Positions 20,106 to 30,620 are shown, counted from the first letter of the stretch. The stretch is DNA of 64,000 bases from an uncultured bacterium (GCA_963848965.1 CAWKFG010000001.1:160001-224000), one strand, 5' to 3'. Notes: generated by a model from the letters alone, not told the origin. A program made the numbers and translations.

Positions 20106-21506
20106 ATGAAAAGAGTATGGTATATAGTTGGATCAATAGTACTAGTTCTTTTTGGGCTTAAGGTAATAAATACGTATATACGGACATCACCTGGTCATAG
20201 CAATTGGGCAGGCAATCAAACATGTCAGCCACGTAAAATTTTTTATCCAAAAACAAAAGAAGAACTTATAGCTATAGTACAGGATGCAGCTAAGAATAAG
20301 TATCGTATTCATGCTTATGGTTCTTTTCACTCGTGGAGTGATATTGTCTGTGCAGATTATCTTATTAATACTGATACATTAAACAAAATACTTTCAGTAG
20401 ATAAAGAAAAAATGCGTGTGCGTGTTGAAGCTGGTATTAAGCTTGAAGATCTTAATAAAAAGCTTGCACACATGAATTTAGCTCTTGAGAATGTGCCTGA
20501 TATGACTGCACAAAGTATAGCAGGCATAACTGCTACAGCTACTCATGGGACAGGACATACTGGAACACTTTCTGATTTTATAGAAGGAGTAGAGCTTGTC
20601 ACTGGTACTGGGATAGTACGTACACTTTCAAAATCTGAAAATCCAGAGCAGTTTGCAGCTGCTCGTATGAGTTTGGGAGCTCTTGGTATTGTTTATGCAC
20701 TTACCTTGCGATGTGTGCCATTATTTAAGGTAAAGCATACAAGAGAGGTAACTGATTGGCCGACGTTGAGTAAACAGTACAAAGATCTTTATGCAAAGAA
20801 TGATTTTTTCCAATTCTTCTGGAATCCCTATACAGATAAAGCTATTACCTATAGCTTTAATAAAACAGATGATCCGGTGACAACAGTTGCAAACACTTAT
20901 TTACGGTACAAACAAAAGCTTTTTATTGGATATTGGACAGGAGAGCTATGGGTAACATTATTACGATGGTTTCCTCACCTTACTCCTTCGTTTATAGACT
21001 TTTTCTTTAGAGCTTCACAGATACGTGACTATGTAGACTATGGATATAATATATTGGCAAAGTCGCACAACTATCGAGATGAAGTTATTTATTATGAAGA
21101 AGAGATTGGTATTCCTATAGATGAGTTGCCAGAAGCGTTAAAAGAGGTAAAAGAGCTTATGTTAAAGTATCAAAAAGAAGGATACTATGTTTTTATGTGG
21201 GGGGTCTTAATAAGATTTGTAAAAGCAGAACAGGATATCTATCTTAGCCCAGCTGCTCAAAGAGATACTGCCTATATTAGTATTACAAATCCTACGATAA
21301 ATAATAACTTTTATCGAGAATTTTATGAGCGAATGTTGAAATATCGAGGAAGAGCTCATTGGGGTAAAATTAACTTTTTAACTACTGAGGATGCTCGCAA
21401 ACTGTATGGTGATAACTTTGACAAGTTTGTGAAAGTACGAAGAGAGCTTGATACCCAAGATATATTCTCAAATCCATTTGTAGAACGAATTTTAGATCCA
21501 AAATAA
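20106..21506 (+). CDS. FAD-linked aldonolactone oxidase (L-gulono-/D-arabinono-1,4-lactone oxidase family)
   Basis: NWAGNQ, GSFHSWSDI, SIAG..ATATHGTG, SLGALGIV, GRAHWGK, LD...IFSN. Confidence 0.88.
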   Translation: MKRVWYIVGSIVLVLFGLKVINTYIRTSPGHSNWAGNQTCQPRKIFYPKTKEELIAIVQDAAKNKYRIHAYGSFHSWSDIVCADYLINTDTLNKILSVDKEKMRVRVEAGIKLEDLNKKLAHMNLALENVPDMTAQSIAGITATATHGTGHTGTLSDFIEGVELVTGTGIVRTLSKSENPEQFAAARMSLGALGIVYALTLRCVPLFKVKHTREVTDWPTLSKQYKDLYAKNDFFQFFWNPYTDKAITYSFNKTDDPVTTVANTYLRYKQKLFIGYWTGELWVTLLRWFPHLTPSFIDFFFRASQIRDYVDYGYNILAKSHNYRDEVIYYEEEIGIPIDELPEALKEVKELMLKYQKEGYYVFMWGVLIRFVKAEQDIYLSPAAQRDTAYISITNPTINNNFYREFYERMLKYRGRAHWGKINFLTTEDARKLYGDNFDKFVKVRRELDTQDIFSNPFVERILDPK

Positions 21507-21520
21507 AGAAGAGGAATAAC

Positions 21521-21727
21521 ATGACTAAGAAAAAGGATATACAACACACTATTGAGCCAGATACCTATGAAGAGGCGATACTCTATAATACAGAGGTAGA
21601 AACTGAATATGGTGAAAACCATGATCAGCGTATCAGCCACCATGAAAAAAGGCGTAGTTCGCGCCCACATAGATGCGTAGGGCCACAATGTGAAGATGTT
21701 TTTAAAGATCCTAAACATGCAAAGTAG
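21521..21727 (+). CDS. Small hydrophilic hypothetical protein
   Basis: 68 aa, SD GAGGA. Confidence 0.55.
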   Translation: MTKKKDIQHTIEPDTYEEAILYNTEVETEYGENHDQRISHHEKRRSSRPHRCVGPQCEDVFKDPKHAK

Positions 21728-21794
21728 TAATGGTGAATATGTTACACGATGTCTAGAGCCGTTTCGGCCTATGGAGACTAGATAAGACTTTATG

Positions 21795-22262
21795 TCATAG
21801 CTTTTTATGCATAATAAAAGTAAAAAATGTTAAGCCACAGTGCTTTTTTTGCTGAGTTTGTAGTACTTCATAGCCCTTTTGCTCAAAAAAGGGTTTAGCT
21901 GTAATGCTTGACTCAACAGTAAGGCCTTTAATACCGCATTGTTTTGCTTCTTGTTCAAGAGCAGATAAAATGCGAGAACCTATCCCTTTACTCTGAAAGC
22001 TCCTGTGAGTATAGAGCCTATCGACATGTCCTTCTGAGGTCATATCACCAAAACCCACAATATGATTATCAAGCTCAGCAACATAAGTTATATTATTATT
22101 TAATGAAGTGTACCACCGTTTTATATCAGGATCTTTTGGTGCCCATGCTTCAGCCTGTTCGTGAGAATAATCTTTTATATTGATGGTATGAACAGTGTCA
22201 TAGAAAAGTTGTAAAATATGGTTTAAATCTGCAGGCCGAAACTTTCTAATCTTCATGGGCAC
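21795..22262 (-). CDS. GNAT-family N-acetyltransferase
   Basis: IVGFGD...VDRLYTH..FQSKGIG...SITAKPFFEQKGY. Confidence 0.92.
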   Translation of the reverse strand: MPMKIRKFRPADLNHILQLFYDTVHTINIKDYSHEQAEAWAPKDPDIKRWYTSLNNNITYVAELDNHIVGFGDMTSEGHVDRLYTHRSFQSKGIGSRILSALEQEAKQCGIKGLTVESSITAKPFFEQKGYEVLQTQQKKHCGLTFFTFIMHKKL

Positions 22263-22278
22263 GACTATTAATAAATAC

Positions 22279-22866
22279 TTATGTAGAAGCTACAGGGCAT
22301 GCATGTCTATTAATCGCCAAAGCAAGCATCACTGAATACCAGCCTGTTACAATTAATTCAACACCAATTAATGTTCCTATAAGCCAAAGACTGGAAGCAG
22401 GCCACTGAGCTAAAACAATGATACCTAAAAGAACACTGACAATACCACTTACAAGCATCCAACCCCAATTTTCAAGATTAATAGCAAGAGCATTAATAAT
22501 CTTAAAAAATCCGGTGACTGTGAAAAAACTTCCTAAAAGCAAGGTAAGAGAGACTGCGCTGAGTTTAGGATTTGCGATCATCATAACTCCTACGACAGCA
22601 CTAAATATACCAAGCAATACCTGAAGAAAGAATCCGCGCCATTGTATCGTCCAAAAAGCTTTTACAAAATAGACTACAGCAGCAGTAAGAAGAAGAACTC
22701 CAAAAAATATCATGCTATAGAGTGTTGTAAAGTTGGCAGTTGCAGTAGCAAGTGTTCCTAGAAAAACAAATACAAGACCTACTGCAAAAAGCCACGGCCA
22801 TTTTGGACAAAGACCTTTAATGTCTTTTAAGTCTAAACGCCCAGCTGTTTTTATTGAATCGTTCAT
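22279..22866 (-). CDS. HdeD/DUF308 membrane protein
   Basis: About six TM helices; WGWMLVSGIVSVLLG...WPASSLWLIG. Confidence 0.88.
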   Translation of the reverse strand: MNDSIKTAGRLDLKDIKGLCPKWPWLFAVGLVFVFLGTLATATANFTTLYSMIFFGVLLLTAAVVYFVKAFWTIQWRGFFLQVLLGIFSAVVGVMMIANPKLSAVSLTLLLGSFFTVTGFFKIINALAINLENWGWMLVSGIVSVLLGIIVLAQWPASSLWLIGTLIGVELIVTGWYSVMLALAINRHACPVAST

Positions 22867-22946
22867 AGCTTTTCCTTCTTATTATAGAGAGTTATTTTTA
22901 TATAACTATACCTTAAATGAAAAGCATAGATCAATATTTTAAGCAC

Positions 22947-23354
22947 CTATTGTCGTGTTTCACTCACAATAAAGATATCTTTATCATGTTCTCGCATAAC
23001 ATATATTTGAGGAGCTTCTTGATAGGCAAGATCTTCCCAATCTTCTACAACGGTTGCAAGCTCATCTATACTTATGTCTGTTTGAAGGACCTTATGTGAT
23101 CTATCAACGTTATGGAGCTTAATTATAAGCATATTTTCTTGTACGCGTTCAAAGGTAATTTTAGAATGCTGCGCTGTATGAAATGTTAACGGCTTATTTT
23201 CTTTTATAGATGGAAAATCTTCAAGATCAGTTTTTACAAAACCTCTAATATCATCATCTAAAAGGAGCTCGCCAATAAGGTACAGGCGTTCATCAGTATG
23301 ATCTACAATGGTATATGCCCCGTTTTCTAATCGCTCAAATTTGACGTAGTACAT
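22947..23354 (-). CDS. Hypothetical protein
   Basis: 135-aa acidic ORF with SD AAGGAG. Confidence 0.65.
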   Translation of the reverse strand: MYYVKFERLENGAYTIVDHTDERLYLIGELLLDDDIRGFVKTDLEDFPSIKENKPLTFHTAQHSKITFERVQENMLIIKLHNVDRSHKVLQTDISIDELATVVEDWEDLAYQEAPQIYVMREHDKDIFIVSETRQ

Positions 23355-23463
23355 AGCAGCTCCTTCTCATGGTTTCTTACCTAAGATAGTATACTACCAT
23401 TTTATACTATAAATAAAGATTTGTTGACTGAATAGCTATAGCTTCTTGCTCTCTAGTTTACAT

Positions 23464-24984
23464 CTACTGCGATCCATCATGAGGTGGTTTGAATGCAGAG
23501 GTATATTCTAGGCAATATAAAGGTCTTGTTGTATTGGCAAGGGCATCATCGCGTGTTTCAGGATTATACGAAATAAGATAGGCAGGGGGTGAGTAACAAC
23601 CTTGGCCGGAATCAGCTTTTTTGGAAAGAGCTATCTCTTCAATGAGTGATTTTTCTCGTAGAGCATTTTTTATAGTGCTAAAGATTGCATATCTCAAGGT
23701 AAGTTGTTGTAAAGCAGGGTTTTGATAGAGTGCTTTTTCAAAATCCTTCAGTCTAAAACCGTTATTGTCTACTTTTATAATAGGATAGTGGCTATGATCA
23801 GTAAAGAGCTCTAAAATCTTGATTATGGCTTGGGGGCTCAGCATATTGTTTTGTATATTAAGAAGTTGTAGTGATTGAGGAACTGCTGTAAGTGTGGCCA
23901 TATCTTTATCGGTAAATTGACATGCATCAAGGCTTAATGTTTGTACATGATTAAGAATATTTTCTCTAATGCCACGCAAGATACACTCTTTAAAGCTATC
24001 TGCATGCAGAGGCTGTGTGCAGTCTAAGATTATCCCTTGTTCATCTATAGTAAATTCTATATCACCGGTATCAGTAGTATTATAAATAGGGCGATCTGTT
24101 ATCATTATTGCATAACCATTTTCAAATTGCAGGTAACTTTTACAATGTGCATTGTTTAATGCGTCTAATTGTCCATAGAAGGTGACTGGATGAGGCTCTA
24201 TAGTACTATCTGGATCCATGGTTGATGCTCCATACTGAAGAGTATTTTGAGCTGGGTGATGATATCCTTCATGCTTATTTGCACTGATAACGAAACAACT
24301 AGGTGAAATAGCTTTAAGCCATTCTTCGCTATTGCTTCCTTCTGTTGCTGATCCATGATGGCTTGCAAGAAGGAGCGGAGCTTTAAGTGTTTCTGCATTA
24401 CGAAGAAGCTTTTCTGTTATTCTTCCTGTAGCATCTGCGGGTAAAATAATGGGTGTTCCTTTGTATTCTACTTTAAGTACTATGCTTTTATCATTTTTAT
24501 TAGAACTCTTTTTTTCTGCAGACAGTACAGTGCAATAAGAGGGTAATCCGTAATTATTTTCTTGTGCAGATGGTTGGCTTGTATACCTAAAGAGATTTTG
24601 AGAAAGCTTAAAGCGTTTTATAAATGGTGGAAAATCTTGTGGAGAGCCTCCTAATAAGAAAGATAGTTTAAATTTATGCTGTAGAAGAGAGGTAGCAAGA
24701 GGAACTATCCAGCTATAATGATCTCTATCTCCATGACTTACTACTATTGTGAGTCTTTTTTGCGGAACAAGCACAGTAATCTTTTTAATAATCGTTTGCA
24801 TTCGCTCTGCGCTTGTAGAATTGTAGGGTAGCTTAGATGAGCCAGCATCAACGAGCACAGCTCGTTCATGAGGGTGTACAACTAACGTGCAATTACCTTG
24901 TCCTACATCAAATACAATGACCTTCATTGCAACAAGATAAATGTTAAAATGTATAATACAGAAAAGAATACTGCTTCTATACAT
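23464..24984 (-). CDS. Secreted ComEC-type metallo-beta-lactamase-fold protein with C-terminal LRR-like region
   Basis: FDVGQGN, LVDAG, SHGDRDH, HHGS, YHHP; later LSLDACQF/LNIQNNML; signal ...LVA-MK. Confidence 0.85.
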   Translation of the reverse strand: MYRSSILFCIIHFNIYLVAMKVIVFDVGQGNCTLVVHPHERAVLVDAGSSKLPYNSTSAERMQTIIKKITVLVPQKRLTIVVSHGDRDHYSWIVPLATSLLQHKFKLSFLLGGSPQDFPPFIKRFKLSQNLFRYTSQPSAQENNYGLPSYCTVLSAEKKSSNKNDKSIVLKVEYKGTPIILPADATGRITEKLLRNAETLKAPLLLASHHGSATEGSNSEEWLKAISPSCFVISANKHEGYHHPAQNTLQYGASTMDPDSTIEPHPVTFYGQLDALNNAHCKSYLQFENGYAIMITDRPIYNTTDTGDIEFTIDEQGIILDCTQPLHADSFKECILRGIRENILNHVQTLSLDACQFTDKDMATLTAVPQSLQLLNIQNNMLSPQAIIKILELFTDHSHYPIIKVDNNGFRLKDFEKALYQNPALQQLTLRYAIFSTIKNALREKSLIEEIALSKKADSGQGCYSPPAYLISYNPETRDDALANTTRPLYCLEYTSAFKPPHDGSQ

Positions 24985-25199
24985 GTGTATACCTTTCAAG
25001 TAATACTTGCTTTACAAGTAAATGATAAAACCTCTCTTTATAGTATGCTATCTTATAAAATTAGTGAATGCCTTGTGTAGCTTTCACACTAAGCAGCAAA
25101 AAGTTATTTTTTTAACAGATAAGCAATAAATTATTATGATGTAATTTTATCTCCTTGTGATTGGACTTTGGAACATGTATGTTTATACATTCAAGAAGC

Positions 25200-25460
25200 A
25201 TGTCATACTCTCAACGTAAAGAAATTATCTGCAGAGCAAACGGGTCTTCTCTATAATGCAATTTGCTGCACAGTGTGGATATAAAGAAATAGTATAAGTA
25301 CTAGAAACTTACAAGCGAGAATAGTACTACTTTCATAAAAATAGATATATGCTGATTGCTAGCAGATAAGCGTATGCATAGTAATGCTCACATTATTCCT
25401 TGTGAAACTAATTAAGAAGTATTATCAGAAAGCCTATAATGAAATTGTAGAGCGGGGAAG
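25200..25460 (+). pseudogene. Degraded ankyrin-gene remnant
   Basis: Fragment QFAAQCGYKEIV*VLETYKRE near 25258-25320, with stops; boundaries approximate. Confidence 0.4.
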
Positions 25461-25467
25461 ACCTTCA

Positions 25468-25516
25468 TTGAAAAATAAGCATTCTGTGCTATACTAGAAG
25501 TAATAATCATTACTAG
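25468..25516 (+). promoter_or_regulatory. Sigma70-type promoter and Fur/PerR-like box of the suf operon
   Basis: TTGAAA-16nt-TATACT with TG extension; TAATAATCATTACTA at 25501-25515 matches TGATAATCATTATCA at 12/15. Confidence 0.55.
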
Positions 25517-25531
25517 TATACGGACTTATCT

Positions 25532-26266
25532 ATGCTTTCTTTAGAAAATATTAGTATTTCTTGCTCTGAAACGAAAGTTATTAATAACCTTTCGCTTTCT
25601 TTTACGCCTGGAACAGTGACCGTTTTAATGGGACCAAATGGTTCTGGTAAAAGTACGTTGGCATATACACTTATGGGCCATCCAAAGTACTATGTTACTC
25701 AAGGTTCTATTATCTTTAATGAGCATAATTTCCTTGAATTACCGGTTGAAAAGCGAGCACGATTAGGACTCTTTTTAGCATGTCAGTATCCGCAGGAAGT
25801 TCCTGGAGTTCAAGTATTTACTTTCTTAAAGGAAGCTCATCGTATGCTTACAGGAAAAGAGCTTTCTGTAAGCGATTTTCAACAGTTATTGTATACAGTT
25901 TTTGATACTGTCAAATTAGATCATAGTTTTGCTTATAGAAATCTTCATGAAGGTTTTTCAGGTGGAGAAAAAAAGCGTCTTGAGATTGCACAGTTATTAC
26001 TCTTTCAACCAAAGCTTGCTATTTTAGATGAAATAGATTCTGGCCTTGATGTAGATGCATTAAAGCTTGTTGCTGAAGCTATAAATACTGCACGGATACA
26101 GAATCCTGCTATGAGTATAGTACTTATTACGCACTATGCTCGTATTTTAAAGTATATTACTCCAGATACAGTTCATATTCTTATGAATGGTTCCATTGTA
26201 AAATCGGGAGATCATAGTTTGGCAGAGCTTATTGAGAGCAAAGGATATGATGGACTATCTCTTTAA
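25532..26266 (+). CDS. sufC: Fe-S cluster assembly ATPase SufC
   Basis: GPNGSGKSTL...MGHP, EGFSGGEKKR, LDEIDSGLDVDA, LITHY. Confidence 0.96.
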   Translation: MLSLENISISCSETKVINNLSLSFTPGTVTVLMGPNGSGKSTLAYTLMGHPKYYVTQGSIIFNEHNFLELPVEKRARLGLFLACQYPQEVPGVQVFTFLKEAHRMLTGKELSVSDFQQLLYTVFDTVKLDHSFAYRNLHEGFSGGEKKRLEIAQLLLFQPKLAILDEIDSGLDVDALKLVAEAINTARIQNPAMSIVLITHYARILKYITPDTVHILMNGSIVKSGDHSLAELIESKGYDGLSL

Positions 26267-27593
26267 AACTGAAAAAGGGCTCAATAAGGCTATTGTTACG
26301 CAAATTTCTGAGCGTAAAAATGAGCCTGGCTGGATGACAGATTTTCGCTTAAAAGCTTTAGAGGTCTTTGAATCATTGAAGATGCCTTCATGGGGTCCAG
26401 ATCTTTCAGAACTTTCAATGGATGATATTCATTACTATATAAAACCGTTAGATAGTCAAAAGTCTACGTGGAAAGATGTCCCTGAAAAAATTAAAAAGAC
26501 ATTTGAAGCTCTTGGTATTCCTCAAGCAGAACGTGCAATGCTTGCAGGAGTAGGTGCACAGTTTGAATCTGAAGTGATCTATAAAAGTTTAAAAAAAGAG
26601 TGGGCAGCACAAGGAGTTTTATTCTGTGATATGAATACCGGACTACGTGATTATCCAGAGATTTTTAAAAAATATTTTTCTACGATAGTTCCTGTGCATG
26701 ACAATAAATTTGCTGCTTTAAATTCTGCTGTCTGGAGTGGTGGAAGTTTTGTGTATATTCCTCAGGGAGTTCAGGTAGAGTTACCATTGCAAGCCTATTT
26801 TCGTATAGATCAAGCGAGTATGGGCCAATTTGAACGAACGCTTATTATCGCAGAAGAAGGCTCTTTTGTTCATTATATAGAAGGCTGCAGTGCACCTCTT
26901 TATAAAACAAGCTCGTTGCATAGTGCTGTTGTTGAAATTAGTGCTCATGCTCGTGCACAGGTGCGTTATACTACCATTCAGAACTGGGCTCCTAATATTT
27001 ATAACTTAGTAACAAAGAGAGCTATTGCGTATCGTGATGCTTCAGTTTCATGGATTGATGGCAATTTTGGTAGTAAAGTAACTATGAAATATCCTTCTGT
27101 TATTTTAAAAGAGCCAGGAGCTCATGGAGAGATTCTTTCAATAGCGGTAGCATCGGCAGGGCAACACCAGGATTCTGGGGGAAAAATTATTCACTTGGCA
27201 CCGCACACTAGTTCAACAATTGTCTCAAAGTCTTTGAGCAAAGACGGAGGACGAACAAGTTATAGAGGTCTTTTAAAAGTGGTTAAAGGAGCAAAACAGG
27301 TACGCTCTCGTGTGCAATGTGATGCTCTTATGCTTGATAGCAAAGCGCAATCAGATACCTATCCTACAATGGTTATTCAAGAGACTGCAGTAGATGTAGG
27401 CCATGAAGCATCGGTTTCTAAAATAAGTGATGAGCAACTTTTCTATTTAATAAGTAGAGGGATTACTGCTTCTGCGGCAAGTGCAATGATTGTAAACGGT
27501 TTTATAGAGCCTTTTACTAAGACCTTGCCAATGGAATATGCAGTAGAACTCAACCGTTTAATTATTTCTGAGATGGAGGGATCCATTGGCTAA
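26247..27593 (+). CDS. sufB: Fe-S cluster assembly protein SufB
   Basis: DNKFAALNSAVWSGGSF, GQFERTLII, YIEGCSAP, HEASVSKI, LPMEYAVE. Confidence 0.97.
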   Translation: MMDYLFKTEKGLNKAIVTQISERKNEPGWMTDFRLKALEVFESLKMPSWGPDLSELSMDDIHYYIKPLDSQKSTWKDVPEKIKKTFEALGIPQAERAMLAGVGAQFESEVIYKSLKKEWAAQGVLFCDMNTGLRDYPEIFKKYFSTIVPVHDNKFAALNSAVWSGGSFVYIPQGVQVELPLQAYFRIDQASMGQFERTLIIAEEGSFVHYIEGCSAPLYKTSSLHSAVVEISAHARAQVRYTTIQNWAPNIYNLVTKRAIAYRDASVSWIDGNFGSKVTMKYPSVILKEPGAHGEILSIAVASAGQHQDSGGKIIHLAPHTSSTIVSKSLSKDGGRTSYRGLLKVVKGAKQVRSRVQCDALMLDSKAQSDTYPTMVIQETAVDVGHEASVSKISDEQLFYLISRGITASAASAMIVNGFIEPFTKTLPMEYAVELNRLIISEMEGSIG

Positions 27594-28776
27594 ACAGATT
27601 CTTATGCCTGTAGGACTATTTCCCTCTCATGCGGTTATTGCTCAATGGTTTTCTGTACTTAGTTCTTTAGGATTATCATCTTTTAGAGAGCAAGCATATA
27701 AAGCATATATGCAAAAGGCACTACTAGAAGATAAAGAGTTAAGCTTGTTTATGCCTTTTTCGCTCTGTTGGGATCAGTACATGATTCAGTCTGCTAGAGT
27801 GCATTTTAAAGCACCAAAAGGCATATGGCTTAAACCGATAGAAGAAGCATATGCGTATTCTCATATAAAAGAGCGTATTGTTTCAGTCCTTACAGCGCAT
27901 AACAAGTCAGCTTTTGAGCTTCTTGTATATAGCGTATATAATCAGGCGTATGTACTCTATATACCAAAGGGTACTCAAAGCCAAGAACCGATTAGTATAG
28001 AGCATATACAAACTGAGTTAGGTATTACACTATCAGTGCTTATCGTAATTGTAGAGCCAGAAGCACAGATAACTCTTATTAAAAAAACGAGTGCTCTACA
28101 GGTAATGGTATCTGTGATGCATACGTTTATAGAATCAGATGCTCAAGTAAGAGTGATAGAAGAATATGTTAATGACCAAGATGCCTCTAGTATAGAGCAG
28201 GCCACTTGGCAGCTATCGCATAATGCTCTGCTTACTCTGCTTGAAAGTGTTCTTGGAGGAACTACTTTAAAAATGACAGATCATCATCTTATTGGCCATT
28301 ATGCTCATGTAGAGCATACAATGCTTGCAGCTATAAAGAAAAAAGAGAAAATAGCACAGAGTGTTTGGCAACACCATTATGAGAAAAATAGTACAAGTAA
28401 GGTAGAGGCAAAAGCAGTTCTTTTAGATGAAGCATCTTCTTTTTATCGAGGTACAATTACAATTGAAGCGGAAGCAAACAGTAGTCAGGCTGAACAGTAT
28501 CATAGTGCTCTTATGGTAGGAAAAAATGCTCGCACATGTGCTATACCCTCTTTAGAAATTAAGACAAATGAGGTACACTGTAAACATGGCAGCGCAGCTG
28601 CTCATATTCAAGAAGAAGATCTGTGGTACCTTCTTTCTCGTGGTATTGATACTGCACAAGCACAGAGACTGCTTATTGAAGGCTTTTTAAAAGACAATGC
28701 TCTTATGACCAGTTATGGGCAACTTGGGCAAAAAATGGTTAATAATATAGAAAATGCTTTAGAGGGCTTTTTGTGA
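27586..28776 (+). CDS. sufD: Fe-S cluster assembly protein SufD
   Basis: PSLEIKTNEVHCKHGS...YLLSRGI...LLIEGF; position in the operon. Confidence 0.9.
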   Translation: MAKQILMPVGLFPSHAVIAQWFSVLSSLGLSSFREQAYKAYMQKALLEDKELSLFMPFSLCWDQYMIQSARVHFKAPKGIWLKPIEEAYAYSHIKERIVSVLTAHNKSAFELLVYSVYNQAYVLYIPKGTQSQEPISIEHIQTELGITLSVLIVIVEPEAQITLIKKTSALQVMVSVMHTFIESDAQVRVIEEYVNDQDASSIEQATWQLSHNALLTLLESVLGGTTLKMTDHHLIGHYAHVEHTMLAAIKKKEKIAQSVWQHHYEKNSTSKVEAKAVLLDEASSFYRGTITIEAEANSSQAEQYHSALMVGKNARTCAIPSLEIKTNEVHCKHGSAAAHIQEEDLWYLLSRGIDTAQAQRLLIEGFLKDNALMTSYGQLGQKMVNNIENALEGFL

Positions 28777-29354
28777 AACGAATACTAGTAATTCTTATTT
28801 TTTTAGCATTCGGTGCTACCTGTTTTGGTACAAAAAAGTGGAGCAAAGATATAGCACGTTGGCTTTATATAGTAGAAAATCATCCAGATATCACATATGA
28901 TTACTGCCAAAGTCTTATTAACCATCCGGATCCTAGTCAACAGATGTCTATGTTGAAATTAATGCTATTAAGAGCACTTGCAAACAGGGGACATGTACAA
29001 TCGCTTACTGACTTTGGACAGATGTATCTGTTAAGTACCAATGAAGAACAAAGAGAAAAGGGAAGAAGGCTTCTTATCAAAGCTGCCAAAGCAGACTATA
29101 AACCTGCTTGTTGTATTTTAAGTAGAGACTATTTTATGAGTGGTTATATAGATGAAGGAATAACATGGCTTGCTAAAGCGCTTGCTCCTACTGTCAAAAT
29201 AGTTGTATCTAAAGATAGACTTGATTTTAAACGATTAGTACTTTATGATGAAGCTGCAATAGAATTTTTAAATGAAGTTAAAAGCGGAATGTGCGGTCAA
29301 AATGCGCAATTAGTTGTTGAAGCATTGGCAAAAGAGGAATTACGTGCCACATAA
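28773..29354 (+). CDS. Exported Sel1/TPR-like protein embedded in the suf operon
   Basis: Signal peptide; ANRGHVQSLTDFGQMY...LIKAA, EGITWLAKA; overlaps the sufD stop and sufS start. Confidence 0.65.
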   Translation: MKRILVILIFLAFGATCFGTKKWSKDIARWLYIVENHPDITYDYCQSLINHPDPSQQMSMLKLMLLRALANRGHVQSLTDFGQMYLLSTNEEQREKGRRLLIKAAKADYKPACCILSRDYFMSGYIDEGITWLAKALAPTVKIVVSKDRLDFKRLVLYDEAAIEFLNEVKSGMCGQNAQLVVEALAKEELRAT

Positions 29355-30528
29355 CTTTCGCAAAAATTTTCCCTTTTTTTCTAGTGATAAGCCGCTTATT
29401 TATTTAGATAATGCTGCTACTACCCAAAAACCGCAAATGGTTATTGATGCTATAAACTATTTTTATAGTTATCAAAATGCTCCTGTACATAGAGGTATTT
29501 ATGCACTTGCTGAGCAAGCTACTCAGTTATATGAAGATGCTCGACAAGCGGTTGCACGTTATAGTGGTGCATTTGATGATGAAGTGATTTTTACAAAAGG
29601 TACTACCGAGAGCATTAATTTTATCTCTGCTACGTGGGCATCAAACTTGCAGCCGGGTGATGAGGTTATTATCACAGAGCTGGAACACCATGCAAATATA
29701 GTGCCTTGGATTCGGTTAAGTCAAACACATGGTGTACAACTGCGCTATGTGCCTGTTAATGCAGATGGTACGTTAAACTACGAGCAGTATCTTTCGTTAC
29801 TTTCTTCAAAAACAAAGCTTGTCTCATTTACTGCATGCTCTAATGCACTTGGTACTATGGTAGATCTTCCATTTATGATTACTCATGCTCATGCAGCAGG
29901 TGCTAAAGTGCTTGTTGATGCTGCACAGATAGCAGGGCGAGAAAGGCTCAATGTACATGAATTAGGTGTTGATTTTCTAGCATTTTCAAGTCATAAAATG
30001 CTTGGTCCTACAGGTATAGGAGTGCTTTTTATAGCACGAGAGCTTCAGAATGCAGTTGAGCCTTATCAAGTTGGTGGGGGAATGGTATTTGAAGTAGATC
30101 TCTATAAAGCACTATGGCTTAAGCCTCCACGCAAATACGAAGCGGGAACACCGGCTATAGCAGAAGCTGTTGGTTTTAAGGCTGCAATTGAATATATAGA
30201 GCACAATGTGTCTTGTGAAGTATTAAAAGCTCATGAAAAGACGCTCTCTACAAAGCTTTACTTAGCACTTAAAAAGTTTTCTTCAGTGACTATTTTGAGT
30301 CCTCCAGGAAGTCACATAGTAACTTTTGTAAGCACTCAATTTCATGCTCATGATATAGCTGCATATGTAGACCAATTTGGTATTTGTGTACGTGCAGGAA
30401 ACCACTGTGCTCAGCCGCTTCATAAAAGGCTTGGTGTTGATTCTTCTGTACGAGTAAGCTTTTATCTCTATAACACTGAGCAAGAGGTAGATGCTCTTAC
30501 TTCTGCTCTTGAAAAGCTTTTTGCTTGA
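29344..30528 (+). CDS. sufS: Cysteine desulfurase SufS
   Basis: YLDNAATTQKP, EHHAN, SSHKMLGPTG, VRAGNHCAQP; GTG start inferred. Confidence 0.96.
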   Translation: MPHNFRKNFPFFSSDKPLIYLDNAATTQKPQMVIDAINYFYSYQNAPVHRGIYALAEQATQLYEDARQAVARYSGAFDDEVIFTKGTTESINFISATWASNLQPGDEVIITELEHHANIVPWIRLSQTHGVQLRYVPVNADGTLNYEQYLSLLSSKTKLVSFTACSNALGTMVDLPFMITHAHAAGAKVLVDAAQIAGRERLNVHELGVDFLAFSSHKMLGPTGIGVLFIARELQNAVEPYQVGGGMVFEVDLYKALWLKPPRKYEAGTPAIAEAVGFKAAIEYIEHNVSCEVLKAHEKTLSTKLYLALKKFSSVTILSPPGSHIVTFVSTQFHAHDIAAYVDQFGICVRAGNHCAQPLHKRLGVDSSVRVSFYLYNTEQEVDALTSALEKLFA

Positions 30529-30620
30529 GGTTAGGTTGCTTGTTAGTCTATTTATAAAAAAGAATTATTTTATAATTATTTAAAATGGTATATTTAGATA
30601 AAATATTAGAAAGTATGAGC

